Shown: positions 9,003 through 16,338 of the stretch, piece after piece | Layout of the letters: the number at the start of each line of letters is the position of its first letter | Position numbering within the stretch: position 1 is the first letter of the stretch | DNA from: a virus | Reading direction: 5' to 3' (one strand) | Virus genome (UHGV): UHGV-0062447 | DNA: 26,556 nucleotides | Program-made: the position numbers and the translations under genes | The notes under the pieces: generated by a model | What the model was told of the DNA's origin: nothing | What the model saw: the letters and a program-made list of their open reading frames with translations, nothing else | Database searches by the model: none

Positions 9003-9836
9003 TCAGCAATTGGTCAGAGTGTCAGCGGGGGCGTTACCGCCTGTTGCACGCTGGCGGTAGTCCTGGCGGCTGTCTTCTTGACTCAGCTTATTCACCAGCT
9101 CGTTAAAGGCGGTTTGCTGCTCCTGCAGAGCAGTCTCCAGCTCAGACAGGCGTTCTTCCTGCTCAGACAGGGATTTTTCGGTGCGCACGCTCAGGTTTTG
9201 CTGCTCAGTGGCAACCAGCTCCACGGCCTTATGCACATCAGAGAACCGGGCGTCATCGGACTGCTCTTTTTTGGTAAACAGCGCCGTGACACGGGCAAAC
9301 AGGGACGGTTTGTCATCCTGGATTTCTTCCAGTTCGATCACCGTTTCCTCTGCAGCGGTAAAAAGATTGGCGGGATTCTGCTTGCGGTTTGCCAGCGGGT
9401 TATGGGCTGCACTGGCGCTGAATGTCAGCATTTCCGTACCCAGACTGGCGGGATCATCAGTGGCAGCCAGGCCGACCAGGTAGGCTTTGCCCGTATCAGC
9501 AAACTTCGGGCTGACTTCCATAGAGGTGAATAATTTCTGGCCTTTTTTCACCAGCTCCACCAAGGACTCCGTTGGCTCAACGTCGGCATACAGTGCCATC
9601 TTGCCCGCCAGCGGACCTTCCGTGATTTCTTCAGCAAACAGCGCCGTCACCTTGCCGTAGCGGTTAAAGGTGCTGTCCGGCAGATAAGACTTGATATGCT
9701 CAAGGTTAATCAGCGCGGTATACACCGCCGGGTTGTAGCTGGCTGCCATCTGTTCCAGCCATTCACGCTGGATTTCACGTCCGTCGGTGGTGGCACCTTC
9801 CACCCCGATGCGAAAACGCTTTGCTTTCACTGTCAT
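9003..9836 (-). CDS. O: Capsid scaffolding protein O
   Basis: 277 aa; MTVKAKRFRIGVEGATTDGREI...YLVGLAATDDPASLGTEML...ATGGNAPADTLTNC aligns with P2 gpO as recalled; ATG 9834-9836. Confidence 0.85.
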   Translation of the reverse strand: MTVKAKRFRIGVEGATTDGREIQREWLEQMAASYNPAVYTALINLEHIKSYLPDSTFNRYGKVTALFAEEITEGPLAGKMALYADVEPTESLVELVKKGQKLFTSMEVSPKFADTGKAYLVGLAATDDPASLGTEMLTFSASAAHNPLANRKQNPANLFTAAEETVIELEEIQDDKPSLFARVTALFTKKEQSDDARFSDVHKAVELVATEQQNLSVRTEKSLSEQEERLSELETALQEQQTAFNELVNKLSQEDSRQDYRQRATGGNAPADTLTNC

Positions 9837-9914
9837 GAGCCGTGCTCCGTTAGAAAAAACTTACTGGAGCCTTATGGTTGCGGTGATGGGGGCAGTGAAA
9901 CAATGCGCGGTATT

Positions 9915-9932
9915 TGTACCGACAACCACACA
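9915..9932. promoter_or_regulatory. TGT-N12-ACA late-activator-type dyad in the divergent O/P intergenic region
   Basis: TGTACCGACAACCACACA read directly; centred about 85 bp upstream of the O start codon, where P2 has the divergent late promoters PO/PP. Confidence 0.35.
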
Positions 9933-9978
9933 AACCGCAGGCGGGGAAAGCCTTCATTCAAGGCTGTAGGTTTGTGCC

Positions 9979-11745
9979 ATGAACACCACACTGACACCCA
10001 CAGATCTCGATCCCCGTCGGCAGGCCATGCTGCTGTACTTTCAGGGATACCGCGTAGCCCGCATTGCTGAAATGCTGGGCGAGAAAGTTGCAACCGTTCA
10101 CAGCTGGAAGAAACGCGACAAGTGGGGTGACTATGGGCCGCTGGATCAGATGCAGCTCACCACCGCCGCCCGCTACTGCCAGCTCATTATGAAGGAGCAC
10201 AAAGAAGGGAAAGATTTCAAAGAGATTGACCTGCTGGCGCGCCAGTCGGAACGCCACGCGCGGATCGGCAAGTTTAACAATGGCGGCAACGAAGCCGACT
10301 TAAACCCTAACGTCGCCAACCGCAACAAAGGCCCGCGCCGTCAGCCGGAAAAGAATGTTTTCACCGATGAGCAGATTGAGAAGCTGGAAGAAATCTTCCA
10401 TTCCTCCATGTTCAACTACCAGCGCCACTGGTGGGAAGCCGGAAAAACCAACCGCATCCGCAACCTGCTGAAATCACGCCAGATCGGCGCGACCTTTTAC
10501 TTTGCCCGTGAAGCCCTGATTGACGCTCTGCTTACCGGACGTAACCAGATTTTCCTTTCCGCCAGTAAGGCACAGGCCCACGTCTTTAAGCAGTACATCA
10601 TCGACTTCGCCAAAGAAGTCGAGGTGGAGCTGAAAGGCGATCCGATGGTGCTTCCTAACGGGGCCACGCTTTACTTCCTCGGCACCAATGCCCGCACGGC
10701 CCAGAGTTACCACGGCAACCTGTATCTGGATGAATATTTCTGGATACCGAAATTCCAGGAGCTGCGCAAAGTGGCTTCCGGTATGGCTATTCACAAAAAA
10801 TGGCGACAAACCTATTTTTCCACGCCATCCAGCCTGACACACAGTGCTTATCCGTTCTGGTCCGGTGCGCTGTTCAACCGGGGGCGCAACAAAGCCGATA
10901 AGGTGGACATCGACCTGTCCCACAGCAATCTGGCCCCCGGCCTGCTGTGCGCAGACGGGCAGTACCGCCAGATAGTCACCGTGGAAGATGCGGTGCGCGG
11001 CGGCTGTAACCTGTTCGACCTTGACCAGTTGCGCATGGAGTACAGCCCGGACGAATACCAGAACCTGCTGATGTGCGAGTTTGTGGACGATCTCGCGTCC
11101 GTGTTTCCGCTCAGCGAGCTGCAGGCGTGCATGGTGGACAGCTGGGAAGTCTGGACCGACTTTCATGCACTGGCGCTGCGCCCGTTTGGCTGGCGCGAGG
11201 TGTGGATCGGTTATGACCCGGCAAAAGGTACGCAGAACGGCGACAGCGCCGGGTGCGTGGTGGTGGCACCGCCAGCCGTGCCGGGCGGTAAGTTCCGCAT
11301 TCTTGAGCGTCACCAGTGGCGCGGGATGGACTTCCGCGCTCAGGCTGACGCCATCAAAAAACTGACCGAACAGTACAACGTGACATATATCGGCATCGAC
11401 TCGACAGGTGTCGGTCACGGAGTTTATGAGAACGTGAAAGCGTTCTTTCCTGCCGTCCGGGAGTTTGTCTACAACCCCAACGTTAAAAACGCCCTGGTAC
11501 TCAAGGCCTACGACATTATCAGCCACCGCCGTCTGGAGTTTGACGCCGGACACACCGACATTGCGCAGTCATTCATGGCAATCCGTCGCGCAACCACCGC
11601 CAGCGGCAACCGCCCGACCTATGAAGCCAGCCGCAGCGAAGAAGCCAGCCACGCCGATCTGGCCTGGGCAACAATGCACGCACTGTTTAACGAACCGCTG
11701 CAGGGCGAATCCGCCAATACCAGCAATATTGTGGAGATTTTTTGA
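9979..11745 (+). CDS. P: Terminase ATPase (large) subunit P
   Basis: 588-aa ORF, ATG 9979; P2 gpP-like translation; stop overlaps Q start (ATGA). Confidence 0.9.
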   Translation: MNTTLTPTDLDPRRQAMLLYFQGYRVARIAEMLGEKVATVHSWKKRDKWGDYGPLDQMQLTTAARYCQLIMKEHKEGKDFKEIDLLARQSERHARIGKFNNGGNEADLNPNVANRNKGPRRQPEKNVFTDEQIEKLEEIFHSSMFNYQRHWWEAGKTNRIRNLLKSRQIGATFYFAREALIDALLTGRNQIFLSASKAQAHVFKQYIIDFAKEVEVELKGDPMVLPNGATLYFLGTNARTAQSYHGNLYLDEYFWIPKFQELRKVASGMAIHKKWRQTYFSTPSSLTHSAYPFWSGALFNRGRNKADKVDIDLSHSNLAPGLLCADGQYRQIVTVEDAVRGGCNLFDLDQLRMEYSPDEYQNLLMCEFVDDLASVFPLSELQACMVDSWEVWTDFHALALRPFGWREVWIGYDPAKGTQNGDSAGCVVVAPPAVPGGKFRILERHQWRGMDFRAQADAIKKLTEQYNVTYIGIDSTGVGHGVYENVKAFFPAVREFVYNPNVKNALVLKAYDIISHRRLEFDAGHTDIAQSFMAIRRATTASGNRPTYEASRSEEASHADLAWATMHALFNEPLQGESANTSNIVEIF

Positions 11746-12773
11746 TGGGAAAGAGTAAGAAGAACCGCGCTGCGGCGACGAAACAGCTCCAGCTTAAAAA
11801 CCAGACTACAGCCGAAGCATTCAGCTTCGGCGATCCCGTTCCTGTTCTGGACCGCCGAGAACTGCTGGACTATGTGGAATGCGTACAGATGGATCGCTGG
11901 TATGAGCCGCCCGTCAGCCTTGACGGACTGGCACGAACCTTCCGCGCCGCCGTGCATCACAGCTCACCAATTGCGGTGAAATGCAACATTCTGACCAGTA
12001 CCTACATCCCTCACCCGCTGCTCAGCCAGCAGGCTTTTTCACGTTTTGTGCAGGACTATCTGGTATTTGGTAACGCCTACCTGGAGAAACGCACGAACCG
12101 CTTCGGTGAAGTTATCGCCCTTGAGCCTGCTCTGGCAAAATACACCCGACGCGGGTTAGACCTGGATACCTACTGGTTTGTACAATACGGCATGACTACG
12201 CAGCCGTATCAGTTCACGAAAGGCAACATTTTTCATCTGATGGAACCGGACATCAACCAGGAGATCTACGGCCTGCCCGGTTATCTTTCTGCAATTCCGT
12301 CAGCTCTGCTCAACGAGTCCGCCACGCTGTTCCGCCGCAAGTATTACATTAACGGCAGTCATGCAGGCTTCATCATGTACATGACCGATGCAGCGCAGAA
12401 CCAGGAGGATGTGAACAACCTCCGCAATGCGATGAAAAGCGCCAAAGGTCCTGGTAACTTCCGTAACCTGTTTATGTACTCGCCTAACGGTAAAAAGGAC
12501 GGGCTTCAGATTATTCCTCTGTCAGAAGTCGCGGCAAAGGATGAATTTTTGAATATCAAGAACGTGAGCCGGGATGACATGATGGCAGCACACCGAGTGC
12601 CGCCGCAAATGATGGGGATAATGCCGAATAATGTTGGGGGATTTGGGGATGTGGAGAAGGCTAGTAAGGTTTTTATGCGTAATGAATTGATACCGCTACA
12701 AAACAGAATAGAAGAACTCAATAAATGGCTCAAAGATGACATAATAAAATTCATGCCATACAGTTTCATATAA
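11745..12773 (+). CDS. Q: Portal (capsid vertex) protein Q
   Basis: 342 aa from ATG 11745; P2 gpQ-like; the last ~110 bp of coding sequence are markedly AT-rich. Confidence 0.85.
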   Translation: MGKSKKNRAAATKQLQLKNQTTAEAFSFGDPVPVLDRRELLDYVECVQMDRWYEPPVSLDGLARTFRAAVHHSSPIAVKCNILTSTYIPHPLLSQQAFSRFVQDYLVFGNAYLEKRTNRFGEVIALEPALAKYTRRGLDLDTYWFVQYGMTTQPYQFTKGNIFHLMEPDINQEIYGLPGYLSAIPSALLNESATLFRRKYYINGSHAGFIMYMTDAAQNQEDVNNLRNAMKSAKGPGNFRNLFMYSPNGKKDGLQIIPLSEVAAKDEFLNIKNVSRDDMMAAHRVPPQMMGIMPNNVGGFGDVEKASKVFMRNELIPLQNRIEELNKWLKDDIIKFMPYSFI

Positions 12774-12778
12774 AACTA

Positions 12779-12799
12779 AGGGCCGAATACCTCGGCCCT
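12779..12799 (-). terminator. Rho-independent terminator hairpin (8-bp stem AGGGCCGA/TCGGCCCT) with U-tract on the minus-strand transcript
   Basis: Stem-loop read directly, immediately 3-prime of the 557-aa minus-strand gene; the T-run on the minus strand overlaps the last codons of Q. Confidence 0.6.
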
Positions 12800-12804
12800 C
12801 TACA

Positions 12805-14478
12805 TTAAGATTTATGGCTAAAGAGTATACCTGTAACAGAACGTTGATAGGCATCAAGCTTCTCTTGCCTCTGCTTAAATTTAGATTTGATATCACTAAT
12901 ACTCGGAATACCTATTACTCCAAGGCCTGCACTTAACGTCGCTAAAGTAGTATTGCCAGTCAGCGCTCCAGCAATTGCTATAGCACCATTTGCGATACAT
13001 GGTAGGACATCTAGTCCGTAAATTCTCAATTTCTCTTTTTGGGCTTTTGCAAGAATCCTTTGATGTTCAATAAAAGCCCGGTCTACATTATCAATTACTT
13101 TTTGCGTTGTCCTCGAAAAGCTCTCTGCCGAAGAATTGATTAAAGAGTCAACACCATTTGATAAGATGGATCTTACATCCTCCATCAATTTGTTACGTCT
13201 CAACTCAATTATTTTATTGACCGGTACATTTCCTAACCATGAAAAACCATCTTGCATACCAGCAGATAACGCATGAACCATATGCAAATTTTTTAGTTCA
13301 ATATCATTGACATCAAAATTAAGAGATTCGTACTCAATAAGCCAAGTATAATAGAGCCAAGATGTGTCTGCATTTATATATGGAGTACTACCAAGTTCTT
13401 GTGCATTACATTTTGCTGAATAGGCTTGCGGCATTCTTCCAATGCAGGAAAGGAAAACCTCCATTCCAGCATGATCACCAACAACATTACGTGATATTCT
13501 TTTTTTATCAGATAGTAGTTTTTCTAATTGAGTTTTTGGATTTAGCCCCCATGCTGTATCAAAAATAAGTCTATCTGCTCTCTTAATATTTTTAAGAACA
13601 GCATCAATATCATTCATCGAATAACTAAAATCTTGAAATTCATCGTAGCTTTCGAACCGTCGATCATAGAGATATTGCGCATGAGTCAGAGCATAAGGCT
13701 CACAAAAACTCATCAAATTTTTTTTGCTCTCAGTTTCAAAATCTCTTCTATCCGGCAAAATTAATACTATTGCTGGCTCTATATCTTCAAGCGCTACTTC
13801 TTTATATGTCATACATGTTAGGACATGCTTTAGAAGTATCCTTGTAAACTCAGCCTTATCTGACTTTTCATAGAGACGACCGACTCTTAATATAGGACAT
13901 GGAAGTGAAATAGTATCAACATACAACCCTGCAATAGAGACAGCATTCTCATCAAATGCAGGAAATAAGTCACCAGAAAAATTAGCTTTAAACTGAGAAC
14001 CATCCTGCAAATGTATTACACCAATATCGGATGTTACCTGCCAAAACTCTATTACCTGATTATATAACTCAGGAAAAACATCTTCTATTTGCTTAACATA
14101 TTCTTCTTGTTGAGAAAAAAAACTTGATGCTTTATGTGGCGTTGCATTAGTTTTTTTCATCAGATAAAACAACTCGCCAAAATTACTAAAAAGAATATTA
14201 AAGTAAGAACTTTGCAAGTCCTGAATAGAGTATTTGTTTTTTATATCTTCTCTTTCTAAAAAGTGATTAACCGCTGCTCCCATAGCCTTTATTCTGCCAT
14301 CAACAGTAGAAGGGTCAACTTTACCATCCTGTCGCAGCCTTATTCTTTTAAAACTTTCAATAAAACCTTCTACAAGATGATGAGCTATTTTTAGTTTTCC
14401 CGCTTCCAGTTGTTGCTTAATGAGAAAAACACGCTCAGTTAAATCGTCTACATATTCCTCATCTTGATATTTTTCCAT
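12805..14478 (-). CDS. Hypothetical 557-aa protein with C-terminal hydrophobic/glycine-rich hairpin; low-GC cargo gene between Q and cos
   Basis: Single long ORF, ATG 14476-14478 with GGAG 6 nt upstream; very AT-rich; C-terminal segment ...LPCIANGAIAIAGALTGNTTLATLSAGLGVIGIPSI... is hydrophobic; no Walker motif or other domain recognised by eye. Confidence 0.8.
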   Translation of the reverse strand: MEKYQDEEYVDDLTERVFLIKQQLEAGKLKIAHHLVEGFIESFKRIRLRQDGKVDPSTVDGRIKAMGAAVNHFLEREDIKNKYSIQDLQSSYFNILFSNFGELFYLMKKTNATPHKASSFFSQQEEYVKQIEDVFPELYNQVIEFWQVTSDIGVIHLQDGSQFKANFSGDLFPAFDENAVSIAGLYVDTISLPCPILRVGRLYEKSDKAEFTRILLKHVLTCMTYKEVALEDIEPAIVLILPDRRDFETESKKNLMSFCEPYALTHAQYLYDRRFESYDEFQDFSYSMNDIDAVLKNIKRADRLIFDTAWGLNPKTQLEKLLSDKKRISRNVVGDHAGMEVFLSCIGRMPQAYSAKCNAQELGSTPYINADTSWLYYTWLIEYESLNFDVNDIELKNLHMVHALSAGMQDGFSWLGNVPVNKIIELRRNKLMEDVRSILSNGVDSLINSSAESFSRTTQKVIDNVDRAFIEHQRILAKAQKEKLRIYGLDVLPCIANGAIAIAGALTGNTTLATLSAGLGVIGIPSISDIKSKFKQRQEKLDAYQRSVTGILFSHKS

Positions 14479-14579
14479 AAACGCTCCATTAAAATATTTA
14501 ATAATGCATATAAGAATAGTTAATAATATTTACAGTAACTATATCACATTAGATCCAGATTGTTACACTGTTGCGCGCG

Positions 14580-14598
14580 CTCGTATCCCCGCCACGCC
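14580..14598 (-). other. Putative cos site (cohesive-end sequence)
   Basis: Minus-strand sequence GGCGTGGCGGGGATACGAG; the first 13 nt match the P2/186 cohesive-end sequence as I recall it (GGCG[A/T]GGCGGGGAAAGCA[C/T]), followed by a CGCGCGC tract as in the P2 left end. Location between Q and A is as expected. Confidence 0.5.
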
Positions 14599-14640
14599 TG
14601 CCCGCTTTATGTAGCGGTTTTCATGCGCCTGCATGACATA

Positions 14641-14667
14641 AGCAAAAGCCCGCCACTCCTGGCGGGC
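14641..14667 (-). terminator. Rho-independent terminator (GCCCGCC-ACTCCT-GGCGGGC stem-loop, T-run on minus strand)
   Basis: Read directly; lies about 95 bp 3-prime of the 203-aa minus-strand gene. Confidence 0.65.
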
Positions 14668-14758
14668 CTCAGCTAAAACGATCCTCAAACGATCATGCGG
14701 ATTCATGCGGCATAGACATGCACAATCTCCAAAGCGGGCATCGAGACTTTTTGGAAAC

Positions 14759-15370
14759 CTACGTAACCACAGTTAATGTGTGCATCCTGTCTCGAATTGC
14801 ATCACACGTCTCATCAAAAAGCTTGGTGATGGTTGTACAGTTCAACTCCGCCTCTTTCCAATAATTTTGCCCGTCAAATTCTGGATCGCTATGCTTAAAC
14901 GATATTGACTCTGAAAGGCATTCCTTCCGGAAACGGTCCAAGATTATATAAACCTCTGGTGAGATGAACGGTTTGTTAGATTCAACACTTGTAACAAAAG
15001 TGTTAAATGCATCAAAAAAAACTTTCAACCTTCTAAATTTTCTCTCTTCAAATGGTTCGTTGGGGTCAACATGATCCAGCGCAGGCCTCAGCTTAAGCAC
15101 GCTTTCTCTGGTTTCAAACATCGAATTCCAAATGAGACTATATGCTGATAACTCCTTATCAAAATACGCTTTCGTTACATAAACAGAATTGTCTAACTTA
15201 GCCTTTATTCTTTCATTAGTTGCACTCAGTTGTGATTGAAATTCAGCAATATCTTTGTTTAGCCGCGACTTATATCTTTCTAAATAAACTTTCCCGATCC
15301 AAACAAATATGCCAGATGCAACAAAAGACACCCCACCCAACGAAGCCAGAACTTTAAAGACTAAATCCAT
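14759..15370 (-). CDS. Hypothetical 203-aa membrane-anchored protein (N-terminal TM helix); low-GC cargo gene between cos and the SOS operon
   Basis: ATG 15368-15370 preceded by AGGTGGGGG; N-terminus MDLVFKVLASLGGVSFVASGIFVWIG is a predicted TM helix; AT-rich; nothing recognised in the remainder. Confidence 0.8.
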   Translation of the reverse strand: MDLVFKVLASLGGVSFVASGIFVWIGKVYLERYKSRLNKDIAEFQSQLSATNERIKAKLDNSVYVTKAYFDKELSAYSLIWNSMFETRESVLKLRPALDHVDPNEPFEERKFRRLKVFFDAFNTFVTSVESNKPFISPEVYIILDRFRKECLSESISFKHSDPEFDGQNYWKEAELNCTTITKLFDETCDAIRDRMHTLTVVT

Positions 15371-15399
15371 TGCGCCCCCACCTGCAAAAATAGTATTCC

Positions 15400-15427
15400 A
15401 TTATAAGCTAATACATTTTTAATCAAA
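15400..15427 (-). promoter_or_regulatory. Sigma70-like promoter for the 203-aa gene (-35 TTTGAT, 16-bp spacer, -10 TATAAT)
   Basis: Read on the minus strand: ...cctgTTTGATtaaaaatgtattagctTATAATgg...; about 25-30 nt upstream of the ATG. Confidence 0.5.
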
Positions 15428-15634
15428 CAGGGGATAATTCGCGTCAACCTCATCACTTCTCTGCTCTACCCTAGTGACTTCCATCAAAAACCCCAGGCCG
15501 TCATATAGCGAAACGGGGAATTCCAGCTCAAGCCAGAAGCAGTCTTCATAGATGCGGCCCAACCAAAAACCTCCGCCACACTCCTTTGGGCGTTGAAAGA
15601 AGACCCAGTCGCCAAGGGTTAAACGTTCCAGCAC
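15419..15634 (-). CDS. Hypothetical small protein (71 aa, GTG start); possible third cistron of the SOS operon
   Basis: ORF-track entry only; no ATG start and a weak RBS. Confidence 0.3.
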   Translation of the reverse strand: MLERLTLGDWVFFQRPKECGGGFWLGRIYEDCFWLELEFPVSLYDGLGFLMEVTRVEQRSDEVDANYPLFD

Positions 15635-15752
15635 CTAGCCCCGATAAATAATCTGGTGATTACTGTCTTTTTTACCCATGGCTAACGCCTCGCTACTCTC
15701 GTTGTTCAACCTTGCTGACGTCAGATTCAAGTTCTTACATCAGGAACGTTCC

Positions 15753-15986
15753 TTAGTGCAGCCAGCTGTCGTCTTCCCAAACCTGTTGCATAATTTCCAT
15801 CACCCGCTTTTTGTCTTCATCAAGCTTTAAGCCACTCAGCTCAACGCCGTTTGCCGCCCCTTTACGGATGCGGATAGCGGTCTTGGGATAGATGGGTTGC
15901 AGGTTGCGGTAAAGCTCGGACTCCAGAGCGTCCAGGGTAGACTGGCTAATCTTCTGCTCTTTATCGATCATTATTTCAATGCGCAT
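15753..15986 (-). CDS. DinI-family protein (77 aa), 186 Tum C-terminal-like
   Basis: From ATG 15984-15986: MRIEIMIDKEQKISQSTLDALESELYRNLQ...GAANGVELSG...EDKKRVMEIMQQVWEDDSWL parallels E. coli DinI (MRIEVTIAK...DALAGELSRRIQ...AAANNLSVIG...EDKQRISEILQETWE) as I recall it; SD GAGGTGA upstream. Confidence 0.8.
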   Translation of the reverse strand: MRIEIMIDKEQKISQSTLDALESELYRNLQPIYPKTAIRIRKGAANGVELSGLKLDEDKKRVMEIMQQVWEDDSWLH

Positions 15987-15996
15987 AAAAGTCACC

Positions 15997-16185
15997 TCAA
16001 CTGATGACATCCATTGAGCGGTTGTATTCGTGGGTTCTGATTTTTGCCATGAGTTCATCTGTTAGTTCAGAAACCCACTGCAAAGCCAGCCCCTTCTCTT
16101 CATCACTACACTCACTAGCCGCTACAAGCTTAAGAAAAAAATCAATGCGCTGGAGCTTCAAAGACTCCAAAAAATAGTCCTGCAT
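15997..16185 (-). CDS. Small protein (62 aa), first cistron of the LexA-controlled operon
   Basis: ATG 16183-16185 preceded by GGAGGAAAAATG; ends 10 nt before the dinI-like ATG. Confidence 0.6.
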   Translation of the reverse strand: MQDYFLESLKLQRIDFFLKLVAASECSDEEKGLALQWVSELTDELMAKIRTHEYNRSMDVIS

Positions 16186-16228
16186 TTTTCCTCCTATGAC
16201 ACCACAAGCAATACTGTATACATAACCA

Positions 16229-16244
16229 CTGTTTATATTTACAG
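16229..16244. promoter_or_regulatory. LexA box (SOS operator) CTGTTTATATTTACAG
   Basis: Perfect CTGT-N8-ACAG with AT-rich centre, read directly, inside the promoter region of the small-ORF/dinI-like operon. Equivalent to the LexA-repressed p95/tum promoter of phage 186, located between A and cos. Confidence 0.8.
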
Positions 16245-16338
16245 TATATAATAATCTTACTGATGTAAAACGTTTTTTTACGTTCATCAGCCTGATATGC
16301 CTGGTATTATTAAGAGCACGAATTGTTAATCAGCGTAA

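Noticed and set aside
9967-9984. Second TGT-N12-ACA (TGTGCCATGAACACCACA) in the O/P intergenic region
   Set aside because: It overlaps the P start codon, so it cannot be an upstream activator site for P; probably a chance match.
10474-11553. 359-aa minus-strand ORF inside the terminase P gene
   Set aside because: Antisense shadow ORF of a GC-rich gene; P on the plus strand has clear terminase homology and fits the operon. The same applies to 8444..9106 (+), 7595..8077 (+), 16864..17370 (+) and 17416..17919 (+), which lie antisense to N/O, M/N and A.
14480-15420. Expected P2 old/tin homologues at the cos-proximal accessory locus
   Set aside because: Neither protein here shows an OLD-type ATPase Walker A motif or any resemblance to Tin that I can recognise; they are treated as unrelated cargo.
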